A stretch of DNA of 64,000 bases from Amoebidium appalachense (GCA_963693365.1 CAVNZM010000001.1:12882418-12946417); one strand, 5' to 3'. Shown: positions 23,552-38,657, numbered from the stretch's first letter. The notes: a model not told the origin generated them from the letters alone. Program-made: numbers and translations.

Positions 23552-25920
23552 TTCAGCGTGTGTGTGTGTGCGCGCGAAATGTGAGTGTGTGTCCTGAGAG
23601 ACAAGGGTGACAGATGGTGGTGGTGGTCTTTTTGGGGGGGGGATGGCAAGGGGTTACGGTGGCCAAACTGACCGAGTGGATGTGGCCCGCCAATGTGCAC
23701 ATTATAACTTAAGCAGCATGCCATTGGGCACCTAGGTCCCTGTGTCAACTACTCTACACGGCCGTACATGCTTACCATCACGAACCGTTCAGTGCACATG
23801 TGAAGTGATATATTGCCGCGTACATGGATTCAGTTTTTTTGATTTTGTAGCTTAAGATCGATCGAGTGGTGGCAGTCGTCGCAGATTGGCCGGCGCCCAT
23901 GCACTCCACGGGCCCGGCAGAAGAACCATGTTCGTCGTCGTCATAATTCAACTTGACGGTCATCGGTGTTTGTCAACTGAAACTTTGATTGCGAAAATGG
24001 GGAGGTGTGCCGCCAATTACTGCGACAACGACCATAGATGCATATCCCCTAGAGACCGTTGAGGACGGCGGTCTGTTACACACTAAGTATGGCAATTTAT
24101 GAATACTTGGACGTTTATTGATGCTCATAAGCTGTGGCAACCTGGCCGTAATGTAGATGTGACGAGGGAACTGTACGTGACTGTATCAATACGATGGCCT
24201 ACCTAGGCAATAGTGATGACCATAGACAAGCAATGCCTATTCTATGCGTGTTATTTCCCTTAGTTGTGACCATGTGCTAAGAAGGGGAAAGACCCTTTCT
24301 AACTAACGAATTCTAACTAACTTTTATACTTTCTAGCGCTCTTAGCTACACTAAATATCATGTTAAAAGAGTTCCGACATCTATGTACAAAGTGCGCGGC
24401 TACAGATCTACCGAATCAATCTATTCGATCTATTCTTTGCTCACTATGATGTCATACTATAAGACCTTTGAGTGGATCCGGCTCACAGCTACTTATCATA
24501 TAGAGACAGTACGTACAGGGCATATTTACATTACAAGTTACTACATATTTCTCTAGAATGACAGATATATATCAGCCTTATATCATTGTTAATTATTTAC
24601 ACACTCAGGCTTCTGTTAATTGATTTCATCTCTCTGTAAGAATATAAGTACAAGCCTCATGGCAATCTTTCGCCGGCGGCTCGTGGCTCTTGGCTCGTGG
24701 CTTTTCGCCATATATAGCTAAGTCTATTGACTGTTCATTCGCTCACACTCATTCACAACATTCCATAAATTAGATTGCCTTTCGCGTACAGGTGCACGCG
24801 TATACATATGTTCATTGTTTAAGACGTAGTATGTTAGCAAATATGTGTTACACTAATAACGGGAATAAACCTTCGTAATCTTTTACATGCCTCTGGTAAG
24901 ATAGATGGTTCATGGGAGCTTCCCATGGTCTCCAGGCACGTGGTTATAAGACATGATCAGGGTACATTGCACGGACATACGGCCGTGTTTATTTCAACTT
25001 ATTGATCCAGGATCTGGCCAATCAAATCAGTGTACAAGGATCCCTTCCTTTTGAGACCCAACAAGTAGGCTCAAGTTTTTTAACGTACCTGAGGGTGTCA
25101 AACCGACAGTTTTTGCCTAAGCGGGCCAGCTGGCTGAATGCAGTGGGCAGGCAACAAACAGTAGCCATAGAGCGAAAGAAAGTAGCTGAATATACACAGC
25201 AGGCGGTAAAAACCTCCCCTACCTATAGCCAACAACATCAAAACGAACAATCCACCCCTGCAGACACAGATAGGGCTGACATTAATGCAGTAGAGAAAGA
25301 GCTACATGACCTCGAGCAGCTGGCGAATGCACATGACGAAAGTTATGCTCCGAACAATACAACACCCACAAACACACATACCCACCCACCCATGCATACA
25401 CGCACACACACAAACTCCCCCTTCTTCCTCTCAACTCTCTACCCTCTTTTACGTTTCACTGTGTGTTTACTCTCTCGTTCTAGCACCAGTTTTGCTAACC
25501 GTTACAAACTTCACCTACTCTTGTTCAAGCCTCGACTGGTTGCTGAAATCACCTCCTTTCCTTGTCCTTTTATGACCCCCCCCCACCCCTCCTCTCCCCT
25601 CCCTCTCCCCCCCTCTCCCCCCCCCCCCCCTCCCTTCCCGGCTGAAGCCTTAATCTCTACTGAATAATCTCTGTCCTTGTGACCCACCCTCTCGTCCTTC
25701 ACTCCTCCCCCCCCCCCCCCCCCCCCCTTCTTCCTGCCCGGTTCCCCCCATACCTGTTCGCCTCGATTACTTGCAGTATTTCTTCTTATCCCTCCCCGTT
25801 AACTATTAATTTTTTTCCCTCTTCTCCCATTGATCCTGTTTTGGTCCTGTGTCCCTCTATTCCAATGTCCTTTGCGATGCTTTGCTTCTTTGGCTGCCAC
25901 CCTCGAATGCACACATCATC

Positions 25921-25953
<33 letters not shown>

Positions 25954-26124
25954 TTCCCCTCTCGTTCCAGCGCCGGTTTTACCCATTATGGACTTAACCT
26001 GCTTTTGCTCAAGCCTCCACATGTCTGAAATTCTACCCCTTTCTCTCGTACTCTTTACCCCCCCCCCCCCCCCCCCTCTCGTCCTCCTACTACCCCTCTC
26101 CCCCCAAAAAAACACACACGCACA

Positions 26125-26129
26125 CAGAT

Positions 26130-26160
<31 letters not shown>

Positions 26161-26302
26161 TAACACACACAGCATTCGACACCGTCCAATCTTGTTCTCA
26201 CCAAGGCATCCACATGCTCGCACACAATGCAAAAACATGCACTCCAAAAACATGCACTCACACACACGCACGCACATGCACACCGGGACACACACACACA
26301 CC

Positions 26303-26348
<46 letters not shown>

Positions 26349-26595
26349 GTGGCACACACACACACACACACCACACACACACGACATGCTCACACACACA
26401 AACACACAACACACACACACACACATACAGAGAGACACACACACATATGCACACACACGGTGCATTTCCTCCCCCTCCCCATCCCTCTCCACAGAGCACA
26501 CACACACACACACGTGCACACATGCACACACACGGTGCATCCCCTCCCCCCCCCCCCTTCCCCTCTCAACTGAGCACATACACACACACATACAT

Positions 26596-26664
<69 letters not shown>

Positions 26665-26799
26665 CACACATGCACGGACACGAATCCCCCCCTTGCCCTT
26701 CCCTCTCCACCGAGCACATGCACACATGCACAGACATGCACATACACACACACACCACACACGACGCACACAGACATGCACACACAGACAAACACACAA

Positions 26800-26857
<58 letters not shown>

Positions 26858-27318
26858 CACACACACGGTGCATTTCCCCCCTCCCCTTCCCTCTCCACAG
26901 AGCACACACACACACACGTGCACACATGCACACACACGGTGCATCCCCCCTCTCCCCCCCTTCCCTTTCAACTGAGCACATACACACACACAGACATACA
27001 CACACACACAACATACACAGACATCCACACATCAGACACAGACACGCATACACACACACACACACACACATGCACATATGCACACACAGACACACACACA
27101 TGCACATGCACACTCACATATGCACACACACACACACACGCAAACACGCACACACACACACACACATACAGATATGCACACACACACACTGTCTCTCTCT
27201 CTTTCTCTCCCTCCCTCCCTCCCTCCCTCCCCCCTCCCTCCCTCCCTCCCAACCATCCGTCCCTCCCTCCGTCCGTCCCTCCCTCCCTCCCTCCCTCCGT
27301 CCCTCCCTCCCTCCCTCC

Positions 27319-27369
<51 letters not shown>

Positions 27370-28009
27370 ACACACACATGCACATGCACATGCACATGCA
27401 CATGCACATGCACACTCACATATGCACTCACTCACACACGCAAACACACACACACACACACACACACATACAGACATGCACACTCTCTCTCTTTCTCTCT
27501 TTCTCTCCCTCCCTCCCTCCCTCCCTCCCCCCCTCCCTCCCTCCCGCCCTCCCAAAGCCTCCCTCCCCTCCCTCCCTCCCAACCCTCCCTCCCTCCCTCC
27601 CTCACACATACACACATACACACACACGTACACACGTACACACGTACACATATAACCCTCTCTTCTCTTATGTAGTATCGACGGAACGCTTGACAAAGGT
27701 ACTACACGGGTGTTGGTTGGATGATGACAGTACATGTACCAGTGGGATAGATGCTGTTTACTCCAGGCAATGTACCAGTGTGTCGATTGATTTAGCTAAT
27801 ATTAGATCTATGTTTAGCTGTGTGTTGTTTTTTCTCCTTTTTGTATTTAAGGCCTGGCCGGCCTCATAAAATGCTATCTAATCTTACTCGAGATTGAGCA
27901 TTTTTGGCCTTGAAGGCCGATATTAATAAAGTACTGTGAATGTGTCCCCTGATGAGGGACTCTAGTCGATATATCTGCAAAACGACCTCCCCCCCCCCCC
28001 CCCCCCCTT

Positions 28010-28078
<69 letters not shown>

Positions 28079-30850
28079 AAAACAAACAAAAAAGAAAGAA
28101 AAAAAGAGCGAGAGAATCCTTGTTTCTCGTATGTTACCAGCACGTAAGCAAGTATTTTATTCATTCACAATACATTGTTAGGTATGTGTAGTATATTATG
28201 GTGTTATTATTTTTTGGTTTACAATATGGTGTCCACGTTCCCAAGATATCGTTATTGTCGACCAACTACTATGGTAGTATAATGCTATGATGACAATTTG
28301 TGCATGCGTTAATTATAAGCATCGGGTTTTTTCACTAACTACCCACAGAGTAGCTTCTAGCACGATAAATTCACCACAAATTATAAGGAGGGATGGTGAA
28401 TGTGCCCTTGGAGTACGAGGGTCACACGAAAAAAACACAACGTTGTAGCTCGTATAGAACCCCCCTTGTAGCATAATATATGTACATGTGTTACTTACAC
28501 ATTATTGGTTTTTTCAATAACCACCCACAGAACAGCTTCTAGCACGAGACATTTACCACAAAGTTTATGGGGGGGATGGTGAATGTGCCCCTGGAGTACG
28601 AGGGGCACACGAAAAGACCACAAGGTTGTAGCTCGAATAGAACCCCCCTTGTAGCATAGTATATGTACATGTGTTACCTAGACATTATTGGTCTTTTCAA
28701 TAACTACCCACAGAACAGCCTCTCGCACGAGACATTTACCACAACGTTTATGGGGGGGTTGGTGAATGTGCCCCTGGAGTACGAGGGGCACACGAAAAAA
28801 CCACAACGTTGTAGCTCGTATAGAACCCCCCTTGTAGCATAGTATATGTACATGTGTTACCTACTAAGTTATTGGTTTTTTCAATAACTACCCACAGAAC
28901 AGCTTCTAGCACGAGACATTTACCACACAGTTTATGGGGGGGATGGTGAATGTGCCCCTGGAGTACGAGGGTCACTCGAAAAAAACACAACGTTGTAGCT
29001 CGAATAGAACCCCCCTTGTAGCATAGTATATGTACATGTGTTACTTACACATTATTGGTTTTTTCAATAACTACCAACAGAACAGCTTCTAGCACGAGAC
29101 ATTTACCATAAGGTTTATGGGGGGGATGGTGAATGTGCCCCTGGAGTACGAGGGTCACACGAAAAAAGCACAACGTTGTAGCTCGTATAGAACCCCCCTT
29201 GTAGCATAGTATATGTACATGTGTTACCTAGACATTATTGGTTTTTTCGATAACTACCCACAGAACAGCTTCTAGCACGAGAAATTTACCACACAGTTTA
29301 TGGGGGGGATGGTGAATGTGCCCTTGGAGTACGAGGGTCACACGGGAAAAACACAACGTTGTAGCTCGTATAGAACCCCCCTTGTAGCATAGTATATGTC
29401 CATGTGTTACCTAGACATTTTTGGGTTTTTCAATAACTACCCACAGAACAGCCTCTAGCACGAGAAATATACCAAAACGTTTATTGGGGGGATGGTGAAT
29501 GTGCCCCTGGAGTACGAGGGTCACACGAAAAAAGCACAACGTTGTAGCTCGAATAGAACCCCCCTTGTAGCATAATATATGTACATGTGTTACTTACACA
29601 TTATTGGTTTTTTCAATAACTACCCACAGAACAGCTTCTAGCACGAGAAATTTACCACACAGTTTATGGGGGAGATGGTGAATGTGCCCCTGGAGTACGA
29701 GGGGCACACGAGAAAACCACAACGTTGTAGCTCGTATAGAACCCCCCTTGTAGCATAGTATATGTCCATGTGTTACCTAGACATTTTGGTTTTTTCAATA
29801 ACTACCCACAGAACAGCTTCTAGCACGAGACATTTACCACACAGTTTATGGAGGGGTGGTGAATGTGCCCCTGGAGTACGAGGGGCACACGAAAAAACCA
29901 CAACGTTGTAGCTCGTATAGAACCCCCCTTGTAGCATAGTATATGCACATGTGTTACCTAGACATTATTGGTTTTTTCATTAACTACCCACAGAACAGCT
30001 TCTAGCACGAGAAATTTACCACAAAGTTTATGGGGGGGATGGTGAATGTGCCTCTGGAGTACGAGGGTCACACGAAAAAAACACACCATTGTAGCCCGGA
30101 TTGAAACCCCCCTTGTACCATATATATCATATATCATGCGGCATGTGTTAGTTTCGCGTTATTGGTTTCCTAGCACGAGATATTCAGCACACAGTTGGGG
30201 TTGTGGGGGCAGTGTACACCTACAATATCAGGGGTACCGCGCGGCAAACACCCCCCCCCCCCCCCCCGGGGGGGGGGGGGGGGGTTGCAGGCCAAAGTGT
30301 CGTCCAGGCCAAAGTGTCGTCACCTCTAATTAAAATCCAGGACGTCAAATTTGGCTGGTCTAGGGGGAATATCGGGCAGGCCAAAATGCAGGGGGAGGGG
30401 GTCACGCGTGCGATGGTGCACTTATTATTACGTTAACTAGGCAGGGTATAGCATCAACGTTATTATATGTGCTGCTGAGTTTCTTTGGTTGTACACCCGT
30501 CACCAGTCAATTTATTGGTGTTGGCGCACACCTGTGACACCACCTCGGAAGACTGGGGTCACATGTGTGGTGCACACGGTGGGTAAATATCATCAAACTG
30601 TAGCTGCAAAAGAATGTGCAATTATGCATCACTGTCTGGTATTTGCCTATCCCCCCCCCCCCCCCCCCCCCCCCCACCGGGCCGTCCCCCCCCCCCCCCC
30701 CCCCCCACCCCAGGCCGCCTCTCCACACCACACACACACACACCACACACACACACTGCTGCAGAGCTACATGGATGCCATCACCATCACGCGTGACGAT
30801 ATTTAATTAGTATTGGTGATATTGTACCAATACGTAACGTATATTGGTAA
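26125..30850 (+). repeat. Dispersed repeat block X, copy 1 (CA/CCCT-rich segment, unique segment, 183-bp array)
   Basis: Collinear with 42494-51875, e.g. gcattcga(c/t)accgtccaatcttgttctcacc at the start and ..atattggtaa at the end. Confidence 0.85.
28320..30190. repeat. ~183-bp tandem array, 10 units
   Basis: GGAGTACGAGG at 28410, 28593, 28776, 28960, 29143, 29326, 29509, 29692, 29873, 30056. Confidence 0.95.
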
Positions 30851-31226
30851 TAGATAGTACATAGAATATATATATCACACGGATATAAATAATACGAGAG
30901 CCATATGGGGACCCCTTCCTGAATCGCACGCACGCGTGTATACGTCGCGTTGAAGATGTACTCCATCAACCAACTATTAACATAACGAGTACACAGGCCT
31001 GCCCGGGTGTACATACACGTCTGGGTGTTCACATCTTCCCCTACACATGACCTTTCTACGTAAAGCGGGGATAGGCCTCGAGTAAACAGCGTTAACGTTA
31101 TAGCTTAAGCTCCGTCGGAACGTATGGCAACGGTGTCCGAAATATGTCCACCATATCGCCAACCTCACCGATCCGCCGAGAATCGATCCAATCACATTAT
31201 GTACACCATGGGAATCCGCTTCTGAT

Positions 31227-32960
31227 AGCAAATAGTGATTGGCTAAACCCAATCCGGTTTGCATTTTTTTGTCCGTTTAAGCCTGTACGCACGTTGTTTG
31301 CTCCATTTCTCTTCCCCATTTCGCAGGTCCGCAGGTCCTTTCCCGCAGGTCGCCTGGTCGCAGGTCCCTTCCCGCAGGTCGCCTGGTCGCAGTTCCCTTC
31401 CCGCAGGTCGCCTCCCGCAGCAGGCCCCCTGGTCACAGGTCCCATCCGCAGGTCGCGCAGCCACCGTGCTGAATGGTTTCGACCATGCTGCATGCTGCAG
31501 CTTCTTCGCCTAACGGCTGAAAGGCCGTTTGAAGGTTAGTTTTGTGTTGCCTGCTTTAGTGCATGTGGCGTTTGTCTGTCTGGTCTGTGTCCGTGCCTGT
31601 GATTATGTCTGTGTCTGTGTCTGTGTCTGTGTGCGTGTGATTGTATGTGTGTGCGTGCGTGTGCGTGTGCCTGCTGGCTGCAGATGCACGTTGCCTTTTC
31701 ACGTTCATGAACCAGCGACTGTGGGCACTACTTTTGCTGTTAGCACTATAGCTATCATCCCCTCCACCAGTCGTTCAAGCTATTTTCTGCTTCTCTAGAC
31801 TTCATAAGTTCTGGTCCGGGTTTCCGTCCTTACTATGTTTGAGGTTGGTTCTGTCGACTCTTTTTTTGCCCTCCGCAGGTCGCGCAGCCACCGTGCTGAA
31901 TGGTTTCGACCATGCTGCATGCTGCAGCTTCTTCGCCTAACGGCTGAAAGGCCGTTTGAAGGTTAGTTTTGTGTTGCCTGCTTTTGTGCATGTGGCGTTT
32001 GTCTGTCTGGTCTGTGTCCGTGCCTGTGATTATGTCTGTGTCTGTGTCTGTGTCTGTGTGCGTGTGTGTGTATGTGTGTGCGTGCGTGTGCGTGTGCCTG
32101 CTGGCTGCAGATGCACGTTGCCTTTTCACGTTCATGAACCAGCGACTGTGGGCACTACTTTTGCTGTTAGCACTATAGCTATCATCCCCTCCCCCAGTCG
32201 TTCAAGCTATTTTCTGCTTCTCTAGACTTCATAAGTTCTGGTCCGGGTTTCCGTCCTTACTAAGTTTGAGGTTGGTTCTGTCGACTCTTTTTTTGCCCTC
32301 CGCAGGTTGCGCAGCCACCGTGCTGAATGGTTTCGACCATGCTGCATGCTGCATCTTCTTCGCCTAACGGCTGAAAGGCCGTTTGAAGGTTAGGTTTGTG
32401 TTGCCTGCTTTTGTGCATGTGGCGTTTGTCTGTCTGGTCTGTGTCCGTGCCTGTGATTATGTCTGTGTCTGTGTGCGTGTGTGTGTGTGTGCGTGCGTGT
32501 GCGTGTGCGTGTGCCTGCTGGCTGCAGATGCACGTTGCCTTTTCACGTTCATGAACCAGCGACTGTGGGCACTACTTTTGCTGTTAGCACTATAGCTATC
32601 ATCCCCTCCACCAGTCGTTCAAGCTATTTTCTGCTTCTCTAGACTTATAAGTTCTGGTCCGGGTTTCCGTCCTTACTATGTTTGAGGTTCGTTCTGTCGA
32701 CTCTTTTTTTGCCACTCTAGAGGTGGGTACCGGCTCTTTGTCCTATGGCTGCTGTTGTTTCCGTTTTTCGTTTCTGTGTTGCCCCAGCCCAGCCTGTTGT
32801 GCTTGTGTGGTAGTTTTCTTTTTCTTTTTTCTTCTTTTTTCTTCTTTTTTTGTCATGATTCTTTTTGGTATTTTTTGTTTGCATAAGAGTAATGTTGATA
32901 CGAGATGCGAGATAAAGTAGATAGTAGAGAATGGATGCCACCTGGGGTGGTATGTTAGTT
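31227..32960 (+). repeat. Dispersed repeat block Y, copy 1, including three tandem ~427-bp units (~31445-32715)
   Basis: Collinear with 53699-55504; unit ORF starts at 31529, 31956, 32383; CGCAGGTC-rich short repeats at the left end. Confidence 0.88.
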
Positions 32961-33942
32961 GTGTTGTTAACTTGTGTGCTGTAGGATGCCACCTGGGGTG
33001 GTATATTAGTTGTGTTGTTTACTTGTGTGCTTGATGCCACTATCCAACCGAAGTTAATAAAGTGACCATACGTGTTCTGTATGGATGTCGACATGTGCAA
33101 TACATTGGCAATACATTGACAATGATCATGCCATTGGGGCTGTGCTTACCGTACCGTGTGCATATTGCCAATATATTGATCATGTGATTGAGGTATCAAT
33201 AAAGTTATTGTTAATACATTGGCAATGTTCGTCATACGTATTATTCTTAGATATAAGACGTTACTCCGATATGCCTTTCATATTATAAGCGTACTTATAC
33301 TGTACTTTGCATGCATTCGTTCCCATTATCAATTTATTGGCAATGTATTTGGATAATATAGTGTGATATTTATAATATATATGTAATGCATTATCAACAC
33401 TTATATCTTTATGGTGGTGGTATCATTCGTATGTTGGCAATATATGCATGATATGGAACATACTTACATATTCCTTATTTGTAATGTGTTGGGAGTGTAT
33501 TAATCATACCTCTGTTTATGTCATCAATATACTCACGATATATAAGCAACCTATCGGCGATACCGCATTTATATATTGATAATAGTTATATCATATGTTG
33601 GCAATACATTGTTTATATGTTTCTTGATATTTAAATCTTTACGGTATTTCTATGAATTACATATTGGCAATACATTAACAATGCGTTCATAGTGCAACTA
33701 CAATGCGAAAATACAGTATTATCCATATCATTATCTGTCTTTTTGATATTATTTGGTTGTTATTGTAATATCGCCCGGGTATAATTGATATTGGCAATAC
33801 GTCTATAATGCTAGCGCAATAGTAATGCAATGGTAATGTAATGGCACTCTAATGTATTGGCGATATTGATGTAACATATACTGGATAATATATTCATATC
33901 AGCGGGATATCGACAATAGAGGGTATTGGTACTGTATTACCA

Positions 33943-35290
33943 TTGACAATACCAAAGCAATATTATTGCAATATGGCGTTCCTATTGGCGGCAAGGGGTT
34001 CTATTGCCAATATCGCCAATAGCTCCAATAGCAAAAAATACGTTGGCAATACTTCCGGGAAGTTTGCTGATGAACACGTGCGCGAGCGAACTATGGAAAC
34101 ACTGGAATTGCGAGCGCAGGCGGAAGGGCTTGATGTTGAAGATTACAACGTTCATGCGACTGCCCGTGAGAGAGATGAATTAAAACAACGGCTCGAGGAA
34201 CTGACAGCAGAACCGAATCAAGCGAAGGAGCAAATAGTGAAAACGGATGAGGAGAAGAGAGCGATAGAATTTGAACTGGAAATCGAAAACTTTGAGAAGA
34301 AAACGACAGAATCATTGGTATGCCAGGTTTGGCTTGTCCATAGATGCCATTATGGCCTTGGAGGGGAAGGATAGAGACGAGCTTGTAAAAACATACACGG
34401 GGCTGGACACATGCGAGGCGTTGGATATGGTGTTGGGCATTTGTGAAATTATCGGTGAATCCACTTCAACGTTTGAATGCCAGTAACCTCAAAACCAAAG
34501 CAGGTTTAGAAGTAAGCTGGCAGGACGCGTGCCTTTTCACAATCTTCCGCCTTCGCCACGGCACCACTTTCCAACTGCTCAGTTCAATCATTGGTGTTTC
34601 CATGCCCATTCCGAAGTCTTTCACGGCTATTTCGGCACTTCCTTGGTGCACTAGCATGGCGCACATAATTCTGTATGAAAAAGCTCCCACGAAAGAGCAG
34701 CACTCGAAATATAAGGCGGGTTGTTATACGGGCCAGTATGATGATGTACGATGGATCATTGATTGCACTGAGATATCTCTGCAGGTACCTACAAACATTC
34801 TTCTGAAACGGCGCTTTTATTCCGACTACAAGAACTTGAACGATTACACACTGAAGTATTTTGGTGGAATCACGGCAGATATGATGATAAGGCCCATATC
34901 TGAAGCATGCGTGGGTGGCATTAAAGACCCCGGATTGACAGGTTGGTCAAGCTCGAGTTTTTGGATCAAATAGAGGAGGGGGGTGTGATTGCAGCCGATA
35001 GAGGGTTATAAGTGCACGGTCTGGTGGTTGACAAGACAAGGGTGCCTCATTGCTTTTACCCGTTTTGCAGAGAACGGGCAGCTCGGGGCTGAAGATACCA
35101 TAGCTAGCCAGAAGCTGTCTAGTGTGCGCGTGCATGTTGAGCGCGCATTTGGTCGCATGAAAAGTTACAAGTTGTTTGAGGGCCAGGTGCAGATGTCCAT
35201 GGTCGGCACCCACTGGATGCCATGTTGCCAAGGCCGTACATGTGGCATTCCTGTGTAACATGCAGGCACCCTTGTACAGAGACATGACAG
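33943..35290 (+). pseudogene. PIF/Harbinger (ISL2EU-like) DDE transposase relic, frameshifted
   Basis: FRLRHGTTFQLLSSIIGVS (HTH_Tnp_4-like), IIDCTEI, FYSDYK..TLK, GGIKD, AADRG, VRVHVERAFGRMKSY (DDE_Tnp_4-like) across several frames. Confidence 0.85.
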
Positions 35291-35594
35291 GGCCTGGGCA
35301 TACATCAGCAATCTCCCCCCCCCCCCCCCCCTCGTAACCCCACCGAAGACCTCGTCGATGGGTTGGCACTGGTTTAGGACTGTCTAATGGATGGGTTTAC
35401 GCTATATGAAGGAAAAAACCTCCAAACCCGTCGACGACGTCGTAGACCGTCGGCGGAGTGGTTTACGACCCCTTTAGGGATGACCGACAGTATTTGGACA
35501 GCCCAATGTATAACCTTAACCACACCTATGGATTTGTTTACAGCAACCACAACTTTTGTGGTACTCCTAACCCCATACATTGGATGTACACTGT

Positions 35595-36325
35595 ATGTCG
35601 TGCACACCTCCGGATTACGACATCATAAGATGGTCTTGCCGCACCCCCTCGGAAGACTGTCTTAAGACGTCGGAAACAACCGTCGAATGGATGGGTTTAC
35701 AATATCCATATGAATGTCCTCGACAACCATTAGTTGTCGTAAACCCCCCCAGAGTACAACATCGTAACATGCTCTTGCGACACCCAACGTAAGACTGTCA
35801 ATAGACGTCTGAAAACCCGCCTAATGGATTGGTTTACATGTCGTGCACACCTCCGGATTACGACATCATAAGATGGTCTTGCCGCACCCCCTCGGAAGAC
35901 TGTCTTAAGACGTCGGAAACAACCGTCGAATGGATGGGTTTACAATATCCATATGAACGTCCTCGACAACCATTAGTTGTCGTAAACCCCCCCAGAGTAC
36001 GACATCGTAACATGCTCTTGCGACACCCAACGTAAGACTGTCAATAGACGTCTGAAAACCCGCCTAATAGATTGGTTTACATGTCGTGCACACCTCCGGA
36101 TTACGACATCATAAGATGGTCTTGCTGCACCCCCTCGGAAGACTGTCTTAAGACGTCGGAAACAACCGTCGAATGGATGGGTTTACAATATCCATATGAA
36201 CGTCCTCGACAACCATTAGTTGGCGTAAACCCCCCTAGAGTACGACATCGTAACATGCTCTTGACACCCAACGTAAGACTGTCAATAGACGTCTGAAAAC
36301 CCGCCTTATGGATTGGTTTACAGTA
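35595..36325. repeat. 243-bp tandem repeat, 3 copies, with degenerate flanking subunits (35380-36460)
   Basis: atgtcgtgcacacctccggattacgac at 35595, 35838, 36081; recurrent atgga(t)gg(g)tttac. Confidence 0.92.
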
Positions 36326-37253
36326 TCCATTTGAAGGTCCACGACACACCATGTTTGTCGTGAACACCTGCAAACTACGACATCGTTAGATGATATTATG
36401 ATGCCCCATAAGACTGTCATTAGACGTCTGAAACCCCCGCCTGATGGATGGGTTTACCGTATCGATAGGAAGGTCATGGCAGGCCATGTTGAACTCACAT
36501 AAATTAGCACTAGTAGTAAAAAACCAAGCTGTGTACATTTTAATTGAGCATCTGGAGGGGCTGCTGTATAGCTATATTCTATGAAAACTACTCCGGGACG
36601 TGTGTTGCCTCTAGGGGGACATCCCCTTGGACGAAAGTGAACCTGCAATGGTTGTAAACCACGGCAAGCCCCCAGTCATCGATTTATTGATCCGTGAGGT
36701 CCTTGTGCCCAAAAAACGGGGGAAGTCTTCGCCCCGTGAAAAAACAGCACGTATGTGGGGATCAATGGGGGTTGAGTGTAGGGTGTAGGTGGGTGGGTGA
36801 AAAAGGAAAATATAGCTGTAAAGCTGTAGGTGCTAAACACAGAAGATGTGTTTGTAGCTTGCTGATCTGCTAAAAACTGTCGTGCTTATATACCTAAGGC
36901 TACCGAACTGAGCCAATCAAAATCGATCTAGTGTTATGTGAAATCTGATCCTGAGCCAATCAAACTCGGTCTAGTGATCTGTGGAATCTGATGTTTTGAT
37001 CGGCTAATAGGTGCCCGTATGCGGGCAGCCGAACGCGAACTGCTAAAACATGAAACGAAGCCTGTTGATATCGGACACCCATCCTACGCGTTTACCCAGA
37101 AAAATATTTATGTCAATAATTTCCACAAATAAAACCTCTATGAAAACTACTCCGGGACGTGTGTTGCCTCTAGGGGGACATCCCCTTGGACGAAAGTGAA
37201 CCTGCAATGGTTGTAAACCACGGCACAAGAGCAGTATGCTTGCTCCAAAGGTT

Positions 37254-38322
37254 TCACTTAAGAATAGAGGCGAATACACGTGTGGTAGTGGCAGCAATGG
37301 AGGCCGGACGAAGTCGGGTATAAATCAGGAAACAGTCGGAGGACCACCTGCCGAGTTGTTTGATCCGGGAGTCGTCGACCCCGGCCTCAGCCAGTGCTGT
37401 GGCCCCCCCTATGCGGAGGCTGTGGCCGGCAAACCGGGAGGGTGAGAGGCCTGCCCGGGAGAGGAGGGCACGGAGGTCGGCAGAGAAAGCACCCTTGGTG
37501 TAGGGAATGCCACCGAGACTGAATAGGGGGTCGTCGGGTTGACCGGACGTTGTATCCAGGAACTGCCGGAGGAGATGGGCTGGGGAGAAGTGGGTGAGGG
37601 GTAGGGCAGCTAGAGTGACGTTGACACCTCGGGCCTGTACATCCGTCTTGGAGGTTGGCAGGTGGAGGGTGGCATGGGACAAAGTACCGGTGGGGGTGTA
37701 GCTGAAGGTCACGTCCTTCCGTTTAACGTGACGGGACGGGTCAAAGGAAGTCAGGGTTTTGGAGGTAAATTCCCCCGAACGGAGGAGACCACAGAAACCG
37801 ACGATGAGGGCCGTCCATAGCCGTAGATTGGCCGAGGAGGCCTTGGTGGGGCACTGGCCATGGAGTAGGCTAAGGTGGGAGGGCAGGAGGGGCTCCCTGG
37901 TGGATGATCGGGGTCGAATGTTGTGAGAAAGCTGCCATCTGCCCACCCCTCGAAAGAACCAGGCCAGAGACTTGTCGTGGGGGTAGGGAGCAGGGAGGCC
38001 CATGTCGAGGTGGAGTCTGGTGATGGCTGAATTGTAGCCGGCCAAGAAAGAGGCCTGTACCCCTCGTTGGGCACACCAGGCGAGAAAAAGCTGCACGGTG
38101 TGGGGGGAGGCCGGGAGGGAGGACCCGGCGGAGGATTGCAGCCGAGATGCCACACAAAAATCGATGAACACTTTTTTTTTTTTTGTACCCGGGAGTAAAA
38201 GGCCCGAGAGTCGAGGTTGAGACTCAGGGCCTGGCATTCCTGCAGGGTAGTGGTGGCACGAAGCAGCTCGGCCGGAGCAAAGTGGGGGGCCAATCGGCCA
38301 GCGTTGCTCCGGAAGGGGAGAT
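37254..38322 (-). CDS. Tyrosine recombinase of Ngaro copy 1 (frameshift in an expanded A-run near 38175)
   Basis: LLRSGE, SKTD, HSLRIGGAT, LGRWSS..Y catalytic motifs. Confidence 0.85.
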
Positions 38323-38616
38323 CTGGGGGGGGGGGGGGGGGGTGAGCCCAGGGGAAGGGATAGGAACTTGTGGACCCAGAAGGGGAAGGGGCAGGGCTCC
38401 GGTTGTAGGTAAGGTCACGTCGGAGTCGTCGGGTCCGGGGAAGTTGGTTACGGAGGAGCTGCGCGGCGAATGATTGGGCTGGGTAGGGGGGCCAGCAGCT
38501 CCCGGAGGCGGGAGGTGTCAACGTGGTGCTGGGGCAGCGGGCGGGCCTCCGGGGCTGAGCCTCGGGGGAAGGGGTGGTTAGCAAGGGTGGGGCACCCTCG
38601 GGGAGATCCCGGCATA

Positions 38617-38657
<41 letters not shown>

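Noticed and set aside
25679-27869. Very long ORFs of HT/VC/poly-P repeats (also at 2.6-3.8, 15.6-16.5, 42.4-44.0, 52.8-53.5 and 62.4-63.1 kb)
   Set aside because: They are translations of stop-free (CA)n, (GT)n, (CT)n and poly-C tracts, open in several frames at once
35580-36296. Three repeated small ORFs (also 31529, 31956, 32383, 53986)
   Set aside because: By-products of tandem repeat units with no coding signature
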